This document shows, piece after piece, positions 20,871 to 31,453 of a stretch of DNA of 64,000 bases. The position numbers were made by a program, and so were the translations under genes. The stretch comes from an uncultured cyanobacterium (GTDB lineage: Bacteria > Cyanobacteriota > Cyanobacteriia > Phormidesmidales > Phormidesmidaceae). The DNA is taken from the NCBI GenBank assembly GCA_963793265.1, contig CAWBZI010000006.1, positions 32,001 to 96,000 of the forward strand, written 5' to 3'. Under the pieces are notes generated by a model. The model was not told the origin of the DNA, did not search any database, and worked only from the letters and a program-made list of their open reading frames with translations. The stretch's first letter is position 1, and every line of letters begins with the position of its first letter.

Positions 20871-22229
20871 CTACTGACTCGGTAGCCACACCCGCATCCA
20901 AGCGCCCCCCGTTTCAGGGCTATTGCTAGCCTCCACGTGCCCCTGATGCGACTCAACAATTTGCCGTACAATTGCTAGGCCCAAACCCGTACCGCTGCTA
21001 GAAAGCTCAGCCATCTCGACCGAATCCACACGCTTTGAGTCCGCTGCACTCAAACTCGTACCGTGCGATCGCGCCAAATCAGCCCGATAAAATCGATCGA
21101 ACACGTGAGGCAAGTCCTTATCATCAAGCCCTGTACCTGCATCAATCACTTCGATCAAAATATAGTCTTTAGCAGCACTGTCTTTAACAATACTATTGTC
21201 AGAAAGGCCCTCCTTAAAGCGATCAGGAGACGCGGATGAAAGACTCATCCTGACCTGAATAACTTGCTCAGGTGGCGAGTACTTCACCGCATTGCTCAAT
21301 AGGTTAAAGAGCACCCGATGCATCAAGCTAGGGTTAAAACGAGCCGTCAAATAGTCTGGGCCTTGATAGTCCAAGCTTAGCTCGCTCAGCTTCGCGAGTG
21401 GTTCGATGCTCTGCCACACAGACTGAATCAAAGCGACCAAATCCACTTCATCCTCAGCAGATAGCTGCGATCGCCGCTGCTCCAAACTGCTCATATTCAG
21501 CACATCATCCACCAGCTTACTCAAGCGAATCACCTCTTTAAGCAGCCGTTCCACCCAGCTTGTCAAAGCCGGATCGACGCGCGATTGCAGCGTTTCGCCC
21601 ACCAGCCGAATAGAGGTCAGCGGCGTTTTTAGCTCGTGAGCCACATCCGAAATCCAGCGATCGCGCTGCTGTGCCAAACTCAGCGCCTCCTGCCGGTTTT
21701 CTAAAAAGATCCCAACATGACCATGGCTAATCGGTAGCCCATAGCCCTGAAGCGGACAGGCAGGCCGCTCCAAATAGTTAAACGGATCGGTAGAAATAGA
21801 ATTAAACGTCCACTGCGCCTCGCTCATCTGCTGAGTTTGCCGCGTCCGCTCTACTAGCTGATCGAGTTCATAAGATCTCACCAGCGCCAGCAACAGCCGA
21901 GGCGGTGAATAGTCACTCTGCCCAATATCCAAAAATTCTTGAGCCCTTTGGTTACACCACAGCAGCCGGTTTTCCTCATCCACCTGCAAATAGCCAATTG
22001 GCGCATTCTTAAGCACCTGCCGCAGATCCTGCAACTGTTCGTTCAGGCTGCTCGTCTGCGCCTGCCGCTGAGCGATCACGCTTGCCACTTGAGCGTCATA
22101 TCCCAAAGTAGATGCCGGTTGCCGGTCTTCTAACCGATTCAGCAACCGTTTCATTTTGGCATTATCCCTCTGGCGAGAGACAAATAATAAGCCCAACCCA
22201 ACCAGCAACCCTATGACGAATCCCAGCAC
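20871..22229 (-). CDS. sphS: PAS-domain sensor histidine kinase, SphS/PhoR-like
   Basis: APIGYLQVDEENRLLWCN PAS region, SDVAHELKTPLT, NLLSNAVKYS, GTGLGLAI. Confidence 0.7.
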   Translation of the reverse strand: MLGFVIGLLVGLGLLFVSRQRDNAKMKRLLNRLEDRQPASTLGYDAQVASVIAQRQAQTSSLNEQLQDLRQVLKNAPIGYLQVDEENRLLWCNQRAQEFLDIGQSDYSPPRLLLALVRSYELDQLVERTRQTQQMSEAQWTFNSISTDPFNYLERPACPLQGYGLPISHGHVGIFLENRQEALSLAQQRDRWISDVAHELKTPLTSIRLVGETLQSRVDPALTSWVERLLKEVIRLSKLVDDVLNMSSLEQRRSQLSAEDEVDLVALIQSVWQSIEPLAKLSELSLDYQGPDYLTARFNPSLMHRVLFNLLSNAVKYSPPEQVIQVRMSLSSASPDRFKEGLSDNSIVKDSAAKDYILIEVIDAGTGLDDKDLPHVFDRFYRADLARSHGTSLSAADSKRVDSVEMAELSSSGTGLGLAIVRQIVESHQGHVEASNSPETGGAWMRVWLPSQ

Positions 22230-22376
22230 TGTATTCAGGCACTCCTACACAGTGGTCAAGCCTACAATATACAGCAACGAAAAAAGGCACATTCTACAAT
22301 GCGCCTCGTATGTTCGGATATTGAATTTCTAAAAGTCTAAAGGCCGAATCAAATCAGCCTTATCGAGTCAAGACTT

Positions 22377-22553
22377 CTAGCGGACAACTGCGCCCCGGTA
22401 CTTGAGCACATCGCTGGTCTTGCGAGCAGCCGCACCAACCGCACGACGCACATGGTAGGTAGCGCCACGGTAGTGACCAATTTCTTCAGTCTCAGTGACT
22501 TCAACAGCAGGTGCAGTCGTGTTGTACTTTACGCCGCGATAAGATAGTTGCAT
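22377..22553 (-). CDS. DUF4278 domain small protein (58 aa)
   Basis: Not in ORF track. MQLSYRGVKYNTTAPAVEVTETEEIGHYRGATYHVRRAVGAAARKTSDVLKYRGAVVR*; three YRG motifs; GAGG RBS. Confidence 0.9.
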   Translation of the reverse strand: MQLSYRGVKYNTTAPAVEVTETEEIGHYRGATYHVRRAVGAAARKTSDVLKYRGAVVR

Positions 22554-22588
22554 GGTATTCGCCTCAAATAGAGTGTGTATTTGTAAGA

Positions 22589-22689
22589 GGCGCGTTCCTT
22601 CAGAGCCGTTAAGCCCTTACTTCCGTCTTTACATCCAACAGCGACCGTTAGTGAACTTCAAGGTCAGTACTGAATAAAAGATGAACGCT
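22589..22689 (-). ncRNA. Glutamine riboswitch (glnA motif, class I)
   Basis: CGTTCATC...AAGACGGAAGTAAGGGC..GCTCTGAAGGAACGCGC directly upstream of a DUF4278 gene. Confidence 0.85.
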
Positions 22690-22699
22690 TTGTTTTTCT

Positions 22700-22713
22700 G
22701 TATTCAATTATAC
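22700..22713. promoter_or_regulatory. NtcA site overlapping the -10 box
   Basis: GTA-TTCAATTA-TAC (GTA-N8-TAC) covers TATAAT on the minus strand (22707-22712). Confidence 0.75.
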
Positions 22714-22762
22714 GGTTTTGAAAAACAGTTAACAATAGGTACAAACACCTTTTCTTGATTTC

Positions 22763-25223
22763 TTAATATTTGCCCGCCATTTCAGCACTTATCGCGCCCT
22801 CAAGCGTACCTACAGGCGCTCGATAAAAATATTGACGGCGAAACTGCTCCTCTTGCACAGCACTCAAAAAGCGTCCAAGTGTCTCATCCGATAGCGCCTG
22901 CTGCTCTGAAGGATCTAATAGCTCTGTTTGCCCAGGCGTGTGCTCAGAGCGAAACTGAAAACGGATATCAATGGCCGAACGCTTCACGATAAAGCCGTGC
23001 TGAGCTAGCGCAGATAGGCCCAAAGATAGGGTGCGATCGCTCACATCCAGCTTTTCGCCCAGCCGCTCCGGCGTCGCAGCCAACTGCTCTCGACTCAAAT
23101 ACTTCGCCAGCCCCAGCAGCATTTTCCACTTATATATAGGATCGACTTCCGCCGGAGCCGGATAGGCTAGCGCTAGCGGCTGACGCATTTGATCGGCCTG
23201 ATGTCGCCACAGTGAAAGCTCCTGCCACCGCGTCGGACAGTCACTCAAAATCAGATCTGTCTCAGAGGTTCTAACGCTATCTTCAGGCGTCCGCCAGTCC
23301 AAAAGCCAGCCAGCCCCATTAGCGAGCCTTGCCGATCTCTGACTACTAGCCGCCCCGTCAGCCGTTGCCGCCACAGTTGGCCGAATGTCCACCAGTCGAA
23401 TCTCATACCGGCGGCTCTTAGGATGGCTGTTATAGTCCAGCTCAGCGATTACATCCCACCGGCCCGGCGGCAAATCATCTTTGTAATGCCCCCACCAAAG
23501 CCCTGGAAATTGTCGGGTGCGATCGCCCCCAATACTCTCATCACACAAATCAAAGCTCGCCTTAATATAGCCAACCTTCCCCCCCATCCGATCCTTCAGC
23601 TTTTGATGCCACACATTCTCAAACCAGCAGTTCTCAATCAGCAGCTTTGGCACCGGATTGCCCATACCGCAAGGCTCCAACAGCTTCAATTCCTGAAATA
23701 GCTCCCGACCCAAATCAGCCACCGTCACCTTCAAATCAGCCTTCACCACCGGCTGATTCTGACCGCCGCCCTTTTGCCGGTACTGCTGATTAATCGCCGC
23801 CGTAAACATCGACAAATCCTTCACCGGCAAACTCAGGCCCGCCGCAAACGGATGCCCGCCAAAGCCCGTCAGCAAATGCGCCTGCGAACTTCACCAGCTC
23901 ATACAAATCAATCTGATTCACCGACCGCGCCGATCCCCTCGCCAGCGTCTCACCCGCTTCACTGCTCCCTTCCGCCTCAGGCCGATCCAACGTCAGCAAA
24001 ATAGTTGGCCTACCGTACTGCTGCGCCACCTGCCCGGCCACTAAGCCCAACACCCCGACCGGCCACTGCGCATCACACAGCACAATCACGCCCATCGTCG
24101 AAAGATCGCGAGCTTCTAGCTGACGAATCACCTGCTGCAACACATCGTTTTGCAACGCCTTCCGACGCGCGTTTGCCAGCTCAGCCTTTTCAGCCAGCAC
24201 CCGGCAGCGCTCAGCGTCTTTACTCGTCAGCAGCTCCACACAAAAGCTAGCGTCGCCATAAATGCGGCTCACAGCGTTAATGCGCGGGCCGATGCCAAAG
24301 GAAATATCAGTGGGGCGATCGCCCGCTCGCCGACACAGCGCCAGCAGCCGCGCCACCCCCGGCCTCACTGGCTCATCCGTCTGCAAATGGGTCTGCAACT
24401 GCTCAATCCCAATCTGCGCCAAATACCGGCAGTCTCCTTTCAGCTCTACCAAATCGGCAATCAAACCAATCGCCACCAAATCCACCAGCTCTCTTAGCGG
24501 CCTAGTCGGCACCTCGGGCAGTCGCTCATACAGCGCCTCTATCAGCTTGTAAGCCACCGCCACCCCTGACAAATGCGCCATCGGATGCCCCGCAGGCAGC
24601 GCCCGAGGATTCACAATCGCCACCACCGCAGGCCGCACCTTCGGCAGCGTATGGTGATCGCTCACAATTACCGCCATTCCCAACGCATTAGCCCGCTCAA
24701 TCTCCAGTGGATTTGTGCTGCCCGTATCGCAGGTCACAATCAGCTTTACGCCCTGCGCCGCAAGCTGCTCAATCCCCATCATCGAGAGTCCATGAGACTC
24801 TTTCAGCCGGTTAGGAATGAAATAAGTGAGCTGATCTGGCTCTGTGAAAAACTGTCGCAGTCCGTCCCACAGCACCGCCGTCGAAGTCACCCCGTCTGCG
24901 TCGAAGTCGCCCCAAATAGCCACTTTTTCAGCGCGATCACGTGCCACCACCAGCCGATCCACGGCCCACACCATCTCCTCACCAAACTCAAACGGACCGG
25001 CTGGCGTGTATGCTTGCGATCGCAAAAACCCCTCCAGCGCCTCAGCCGACCTCAGCCCTCTATTCCATAGCAACTGCGCTCCCCATACCGGATGCGACAG
25101 TCCCGTAACACGAGCCACCGTCTTCACCCACTCACTCCGCTGCGCCCCCGACAGCTCCACCGAAGCCATTTGCCAGGTCGTCAAGCGATCAGGTTCTTGC
25201 TGAGCAGGCGAGTTCTGAGCCAT
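22763..25223 (-). CDS. recJ: Single-stranded DNA exonuclease RecJ (frameshift near 23880)
   Basis: GDFDADG, TCDTG, DHH, ARGSARS and FGGHPFAAG motifs over two frames. Confidence 0.9.
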
Positions 25224-25467
25224 AGAACACAAAAGATGGGTTAGTAAAATTCCAAGCTAGCACTTCGCTCATGAAAAAATATCAGCGGGGCCGCAAATCA
25301 GTTCGACCACTAAACAATCTGGCAGCTATCACCGCAGACATCATCCCAAACGGGTACGTTGAAGCTGTTAGAAAGCGCTATTAAAAGCATTTGCTCGAAT
25401 ATTTACGAGCAACCACTTCAGGCTTTTAACTGCTCAGATAGAATAAGCGCAACTCAGAAAGGAAACA

Positions 25468-26628
25468 TTGGAGATGAAGCTAGGTGACTGGGTAAGTCTG
25501 CTGTGTTTTATAGCAGCAGCATATATTTTGTGGCACATCAGGCCGCTGCTGCTGCTGTCATTTGCAGCCGTTGTCATCGCTGTCGCGCTCAACAGCCTTA
25601 CCAGGCAAATTCGCAAACTCAACGTGCCTCGCCGATTCGCAATTCCAGTTGCGATCGCCCTTTCTACCCTCGTCGCCTCCCTCTTCATCCTCGGCATCGT
25701 ACCGCCTTTTGTAGAACAGTTCAGACTCCTCATAGAGCTAGTCGTCGGCTTCTCCCAAACTCTACCCGACCGTATGATGCAGCTACAGGGCTCTCTGCCT
25801 GAGCGCATCCGCCTGCCAGAATTTGGCGAATTTGTTGAATGGCTTACCGCCCCAGACTCCGCCGTTCTAGACGTTTTTAGCAACTTCTTCTCCTTCTTTA
25901 ACTCATCCCTGCGCGTTCTACTGCAAACGCTTTTCGTCGGTGTGCTCGCCGTGATGATGCTCTCGAACCCTGCAGCCTACCTAGAAGGCGTACTGCTGCT
26001 ATTTCCTGCCTTCTACCGGCGGCGCGCCCGCGAAATTTTTAGTCAGTGCGAGCTAGCCCTTGGCAACTGGCTCGGCGGCATCGTCATCAGCTCCCTTTTC
26101 GTATTCACCGTTAGCTTCATCGGGCTGTTAGTTCTCGGCGTCGATCTCGCCTTTGCCCATGCGCTATTAGCAGGCGTTCTCAACTTCATTCCCAATATCG
26201 GGCCCACCTTGAGCATGGGGTTTCCGCTGGTGGTGACGCTGATCTCAGATGAGCCCTGGAAGGCGATCGCAGTCATCGGCCTCTATATCGTCATCCAACA
26301 GGCAGAATCCTACTGGGTCACCCCCGCTATCATGGCCCACCAAGTCTCCCTCCTCCCCGCCTTCACCCTCATCGCCCAAATCTTCTTCGCCAGCACCTTC
26401 GGATTTCTCGGCCTCCTGCTTGCCCTCCCCCTCACCGTTGTCACCAAAACCTGGCTCCAAGAACTCCTCATCAAAGACGTACTTGACCACTGGAATCTCT
26501 CGCCCATCAAGCGCCGCGCCGCAGCAAACGTGACCATAGCCCCTCAAAACATAAACGCGTCTCCAGAAGATCCGCTTAGCCCACCCACCCCTCAAGCCAC
26601 GACACCAGACACCGGCTTAGCGCAATGA
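25468..26628 (+). CDS. AI-2E family transporter
   Basis: Multi-TM; LNFIPNIGP and IQQAESY..TP motifs. Confidence 0.9.
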   Translation: MEMKLGDWVSLLCFIAAAYILWHIRPLLLLSFAAVVIAVALNSLTRQIRKLNVPRRFAIPVAIALSTLVASLFILGIVPPFVEQFRLLIELVVGFSQTLPDRMMQLQGSLPERIRLPEFGEFVEWLTAPDSAVLDVFSNFFSFFNSSLRVLLQTLFVGVLAVMMLSNPAAYLEGVLLLFPAFYRRRAREIFSQCELALGNWLGGIVISSLFVFTVSFIGLLVLGVDLAFAHALLAGVLNFIPNIGPTLSMGFPLVVTLISDEPWKAIAVIGLYIVIQQAESYWVTPAIMAHQVSLLPAFTLIAQIFFASTFGFLGLLLALPLTVVTKTWLQELLIKDVLDHWNLSPIKRRAAANVTIAPQNINASPEDPLSPPTPQATTPDTGLAQ

Positions 26629-26691
26629 AGCGCCCTGTCTAATCAACAAAAATGGGAACGATAGAGAAGCATTTTCGCCTGCTCATTCAAC

Positions 26692-28233
26692 ATGTCTTCT
26701 CCCAATAACGCATTCGCTGAGAGCATCAAGCACCTGCAAACGCTGCTGATGTCATTTCACCCCATTGTTGTGATCGAAACGGTAGAAGAAGAGCGCGTCC
26801 AAACCCTGCTCGATAAAGCAACCGGCGAACTTCAAATCAGTACTTTCGACTGGAGCGTCGCCCAAGGACTCAGCCGCCTGCAAAGCAGCACTAGCCACTG
26901 GAAAAACGAATACGCCCCACTCGGCAGCACTCGGCAGGTCATCGAAAAAACCACCGATCCGCTAGATCTACTGCGCCACATTCAAAACGCACCGACCCGA
27001 GGCGTCTACTGGCTCAAAGACTTCGCCACCCATTTAGAAGACGCCGTGATCGCCCGCCAGCTCAGAGAAGTCGCCCATGCCTTCAGCTCGCACCAGTCCG
27101 CCCTTATCCTCACAGGCGAACAGGTTTGGCTCCCTAAAGAAACCGCCCACGAAGCCGTCTACTTCAATCTCCCGCTACCCGGCCCTATCGAACTCAAAAA
27201 AGCCATCGACACCGCCGTCCAGTCCTGTCGCGGTCGAGTGAAAGTCGATCTCTCCCCTAAAGACTCTCAGCAGCTCATCAAAGCCGTTCAGGGCATGACC
27301 CTCAAGCAAACCAAAAAAGTCATTGCCTACGCTGCCATCTCTGACGGCAAACTCAACTCGGATGACATCCACCGCGTCCTAGAGCGCAAAATCCAGGTCA
27401 TCCACGAAACCGGCCTGCTTGACTACTTCCCACCCGAACAAAACACCGCTCAGCTCGGCGGCTTTGCCAACCTCAGACAGTGGCTCAACCGCGCCCGCAC
27501 CGGCTTCTCCGACCAGGCCAAAAGCTTCGGCCTCACCCCGCCCAAAGGCATCCTCATCGTCGGCATTCAGGGCTGCGGCAAATCCTTAGCCGCCAAAACC
27601 ATCGCCCGCCAGTGGCAAATGCCCCTGCTCAAACTAGACACCGGCAAACTTTACGACAAGTACGTTGGCGGCTCAGAGAAAAACTTCCGCCAGGCAGTCG
27701 GCCTAGCCGAAAAGCTAGCGCCCGCTGTCCTGTGGGTAGACGAAATCGAAAAAAGCATGGGCCAAAGCGGTAGCGACACCGATGGCGGACTCAGCCGCAG
27801 ACTCTTCGGCTCTTTCCTCACCTGGCTTCAGGAAAAATCTGAGGAAGTTTTCGTTGTCGCCACGGCCAATGACATTTCAGCTATCCCCCCCGAACTCCTC
27901 CGCAAGGGCCGCTTCGACGAGATCTTCTTTGTAGACTTGCCCGATGCGCAGGAGAGAGCGACCATCTTGCAAATCCACATGACGCTCCACCGGCAAGAGC
28001 CCAAAAGGTTTGATATTCCCCGGCTCGTCCTCGCTAGCGACGGCTTCAGCGGTGCAGAAATTGAGCAGGCCATTATCACCGCACTTTACCACGCCCTTTA
28101 TGAACGCTGCCCGGTTAATACCGATCTCATTGAGCAAACAATTAAAGCCACGGTGCCTTTGTCGGTATCAAGGCGCGAGGACTTACAGAGATTGAGAGCG
28201 ATCGCCCAAACCCGTTTCGTCAGCGTGAAATAG
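26692..28233 (+). CDS. AAA+ ATPase, Ycf46-like paralogue
   Basis: [35 protein letters not shown]. Confidence 0.9.
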   Translation: MSSPNNAFAESIKHLQTLLMSFHPIVVIETVEEERVQTLLDKATGELQISTFDWSVAQGLSRLQSSTSHWKNEYAPLGSTRQVIEKTTDPLDLLRHIQNAPTRGVYWLKDFATHLEDAVIARQLREVAHAFSSHQSALILTGEQVWLPKETAHEAVYFNLPLPGPIELKKAIDTAVQSCRGRVKVDLSPKDSQQLIKAVQGMTLKQTKKVIAYAAISDGKLNSDDIHRVLERKIQVIHETGLLDYFPPEQNTAQLGGFANLRQWLNRARTGFSDQAKSFGLTPPKGILIVGIQGCGKSLAAKTIARQWQMPLLKLDTGKLYDKYVGGSEKNFRQAVGLAEKLAPAVLWVDEIEKSMGQSGSDTDGGLSRRLFGSFLTWLQEKSEEVFVVATANDISAIPPELLRKGRFDEIFFVDLPDAQERATILQIHMTLHRQEPKRFDIPRLVLASDGFSGAEIEQAIITALYHALYERCPVNTDLIEQTIKATVPLSVSRREDLQRLRAIAQTRFVSVK

Positions 28234-28253
28234 GGTTCTGTCTAAAGCGATAT

Positions 28254-29123
28254 TTACTTTCTAGCAATCAACAGAAGACGAAAAGCTGCTTTTTCTGGCG
28301 AACCAAACAAATGTGGCTTCAGCAGCTTAGAAACACAGCGGAAGCCAGCTTTTACCAGTCCATCAACCAAAGCCTCTTCAGTCGCCCAAAAAGAAAAAGT
28401 ATTATCCAAAGAAGCTCTTACCTTCTTATATTTCTCCTGCTCAGAGGCATTGTTCTCATGCTCTCGGTACAGGTAGCCTTCGTAGCCACTTTCTGTTGTA
28501 ACAGGCCCCTCAAGCCGGAAGCTCTTCACAGAAGCAGGCGTACTAACATGTGTATACAAAAAAACAGTGTCCGTGCTCAACGAAGCTAACGTTTGCAGCA
28601 TTCCTTCAAAAGAAGGCTGACCGAGATGATGCAAAATGCCGGAAAAAACGACGCACTCAAACGTACCTACTTCCGAAGGGTTCACTGTCCGCACATCGCC
28701 CTGACGGAAGCTAGCATTTTCTACACCCAAGGCTTTAGCGGCAAACGCAGCCCTATCGACATATATCTGGCGACCTTCTACGCCCACAACATTCGCCCCG
28801 GCCTGAGCCAGGCGAATCGAATGAACCCCTTCGGCTGAAGCCAAATCGAGTATGCTCAGGCCGCCTAGCTGACCGCGCTTGCAGTGCAAAGGGAGAACTT
28901 CTTTCAGTAGCTCGCCGAGCTTACCAAGTCCAACCGCCTTGTTATAGAACTTTTCTTCCTTAGGAGAAACCGTCTCTATGCCATGCCCAAAATTAAAATA
29001 GTGCGCCCATGGAATTGAGGGCTCTAGCTGGGCAAGACCTTGCTTAATTTCTTCTGGATTCATCATATCGGTACTGTTCAAATCTATGCTGTTCAAGTTT
29101 TTACGCGAGCCCGAAAAGCGCAA
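28254..29123 (-). CDS. Class I SAM-dependent methyltransferase (CmoB/DUF1698-like); true start probably near 29066
   Basis: PWAHYF, ILDLASAEG, GVEGR, FSGILHHL. Confidence 0.75.
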   Translation of the reverse strand: MRFSGSRKNLNSIDLNSTDMMNPEEIKQGLAQLEPSIPWAHYFNFGHGIETVSPKEEKFYNKAVGLGKLGELLKEVLPLHCKRGQLGGLSILDLASAEGVHSIRLAQAGANVVGVEGRQIYVDRAAFAAKALGVENASFRQGDVRTVNPSEVGTFECVVFSGILHHLGQPSFEGMLQTLASLSTDTVFLYTHVSTPASVKSFRLEGPVTTESGYEGYLYREHENNASEQEKYKKVRASLDNTFSFWATEEALVDGLVKAGFRCVSKLLKPHLFGSPEKAAFRLLLIARK

Positions 29124-29166
29124 GCAGCCCTAAGCTGAAAGTGCGAAGCATTCAATTAGGATCTTT

Positions 29167-30021
29167 ATGAAGCTTACCGCTAACCAGCCCCCTGCGACGG
29201 CCCTTCTCTTTGCTGCTATTTTCTCTGTCCAATTCGGCTCTGCACTGGCCAAGTATCTGTTTGATGACCTTGGCCCCTGGGGTGTTGTAGCGCTACGCGT
29301 TAGCTTTTCAGCCTGCCTGCTCTTCGCCCTGTGGCGCTTTAAGTGGAACGCGCAAGTTCGCCAGAACCTGAAGCTTCTCATTGCTTTCGGCGTCATCTTT
29401 GCGATGATGAATTCTTGCTTTTACTTATCGATCGCCCGCATTCCCTTAGGTGTTGCGATCGCTCTAGAATTCACCGGCCCCCTCGGCCTCACTATCCTCA
29501 AATCCCAGCGCTGGCTCGACGGCCTCTGGGCGCTTCTAGCCGCCATCGGCATCATCCTCATCACCCCGCTTACAGGCGCGACCCTCGACCCCTGGGGAAT
29601 TACTTTCGCCCTCATCGCAGGCATCTGCTGGGCGCTCTACATCGTATGCTCTGCTGAAGTCGGCCAAAAGATTTCCGGCATCGAGGGGCTCGCTTGGGCC
29701 TTGGCCGTCAGCTCCATTTTGCTACTCCCTATTGGCATCGCTACCGCAGGCAGCGCTCTGTTAGATCCCAAGCTTTTACTCATGGGCGCAGGCGTCGCGG
29801 TTCTCTCAACTGCCCTGCCCTACTCGCTTGAGATGATTGCGTTGCGATCGCTCCCTATCAAAGTCTTCGGCGTCATGCTCAGTATGGAGCCTATGGTCGG
29901 GGTTTTAGCAGGATTTATTATTTTGGGTGAGAAGCTATCGGTGCGATCGCTCACCGCCTGCATCCTCGTCTCTATTGCCGCCGCAGGAGCAGCCAGGTTC
30001 AAAGATCCGGTTCAACCCTAA
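29167..30021 (+). CDS. EamA/DMT transporter (RhtA-like)
   Basis: SVQFGSALAK, RIPLGVAIALEFTGP, ALPYSLEM.AL. Confidence 0.9.
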   Translation: MKLTANQPPATALLFAAIFSVQFGSALAKYLFDDLGPWGVVALRVSFSACLLFALWRFKWNAQVRQNLKLLIAFGVIFAMMNSCFYLSIARIPLGVAIALEFTGPLGLTILKSQRWLDGLWALLAAIGIILITPLTGATLDPWGITFALIAGICWALYIVCSAEVGQKISGIEGLAWALAVSSILLLPIGIATAGSALLDPKLLLMGAGVAVLSTALPYSLEMIALRSLPIKVFGVMLSMEPMVGVLAGFIILGEKLSVRSLTACILVSIAAAGAARFKDPVQP

Positions 30022-30121
30022 AGACGCCAACAGAAGACATCAACCAAAGTTTATCAAAGCCGACTGGGTAACCTACAGAGGCAACGGCCCGTATCTTCTA
30101 CCCATCAGCCATCTTTGCGCT

Positions 30122-30832
30122 ATGTCTTTGACCGCTCTGTCACTCCCGATGTCACCTGAAGACTTCAGCGAGCTTTTTCCCCTCTTCAAAGCCGCTAGCC
30201 CCGAAACCCTCAAGACGCTACACGAAGGCGCGACCTTTAACGAGTGCCCGGCTGGTCGCACCGTCCTCATGGAAGACTCTTGGGGCAACGCCGTCTATCT
30301 CATCGTCTCCGGCTGGGCCAAAGTCCGCGTGCAGTCGGGCGATGGCTACGTCACCCTGGTCATCTTAGGCAAAGGCGAATACTTTGGCGAAATGGCCGTC
30401 CTCAACGAATCTCCCCGATCTACCGATGTCGCTGCCCTCTCGCGAGTAGAACTCGTTAGCATCCCCGCCCAACTCTTCATCCAAACCCTCTTCAAAGACC
30501 CTCAGCTCCACCACCGAATGCTACAGAGCATGGTGCAGCGGCTCAAGCAAACCCAAAAACGCTTTCAGCTCCGCAACAAGCCCCCTGGCGTAAAAATGGT
30601 CTACGCCCTCGTCGATATCGCTGACGCCTATGGCGAAGAAGTGGGCGATACAGTGGAAATCTTTAATATTCCAGTCAGCGATTTAGCCGCCATCTCAGAC
30701 GTAACGCTCAATGAAGTACCTAAAATTCTAGAAAAGCTCGCTGCCCGCAAATGGCTAAAAGTCGATACTCACAGAGACGTCATCCAGCTACTAGACATGA
30801 AAAACCTTAGACACCTTTCCAAGCTGGGCTAG
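30122..30832 (+). CDS. Crp/Fnr family transcriptional regulator
   Basis: cNMP-binding GEYFGEMA..PRS motif and C-terminal HTH; ATG at 30122 preferred over the 29927 start that overlaps the upstream gene. Confidence 0.85.
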   Translation: MSLTALSLPMSPEDFSELFPLFKAASPETLKTLHEGATFNECPAGRTVLMEDSWGNAVYLIVSGWAKVRVQSGDGYVTLVILGKGEYFGEMAVLNESPRSTDVAALSRVELVSIPAQLFIQTLFKDPQLHHRMLQSMVQRLKQTQKRFQLRNKPPGVKMVYALVDIADAYGEEVGDTVEIFNIPVSDLAAISDVTLNEVPKILEKLAARKWLKVDTHRDVIQLLDMKNLRHLSKLG

Positions 30833-30934
30833 TAGCGACCTTTAAGTTTTTCGGTGGATTAATGAATTCTGCCCACTCTTTTTCTACAGTAGAGAGAATT
30901 TCCAGATGCTCTACTAGAGATTGAGAGATCGCAC

Positions 30935-31414
30935 ATGAACATTCAGCCGCCTCCCATTTCACCTCGTCAGATGAATCTGCTGCGCGTCGTTCTCTCTATG
31001 GCTTGGGCTGACAAAAGCCTGGAGCAAAAAGAAGTAGATACCATGCTCACTCGCTTCAGCCAGCTATTCTCTACCGATCTAAACCAGCAGAAAGCACTAC
31101 AGCACCAGCTTCAAGAATATTTCGTTCAAGACGTACCACTTAAAGAGGCTGTTGCCAAGCTCACCACCGATGAAGAGAAAGAAGTCGCGCTTCGCCTCTC
31201 TTACGAAGTTATTAACGCCAGTAAGCGTACGCCAGAGGAAGACGCGGTTAATGAAGCTGAAAGCGAAGCCTACACAGCGCTTGTAAGCCTGCTTAATTTA
31301 CCTGAAGATACCGTCAAACGAGCAGAGCAAGAAGCAACCGCCTCACTTAGCAAAGGCGGCGAAAACGTAATCGACATGCTTGCCTTTCAAATACGCGATC
31401 GCATCTCCCCATAA
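30935..31414 (+). CDS. TerB family protein
   Basis: LLRVVLSMAWAD..LE..E pattern. Confidence 0.75.
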   Translation: MNIQPPPISPRQMNLLRVVLSMAWADKSLEQKEVDTMLTRFSQLFSTDLNQQKALQHQLQEYFVQDVPLKEAVAKLTTDEEKEVALRLSYEVINASKRTPEEDAVNEAESEAYTALVSLLNLPEDTVKRAEQEATASLSKGGENVIDMLAFQIRDRISP

Positions 31415-31453
31415 CATCGCACGGGCACAAGGCATTGCGCCCTCCGGCTCCAA

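Noticed and set aside
17373..25223. True pseudogenes or programmed frameshifts in the kinase, rodZ, pseudouridine synthase and recJ
   Set aside because: Clustered single-base indels without other decay point to sequencing error.
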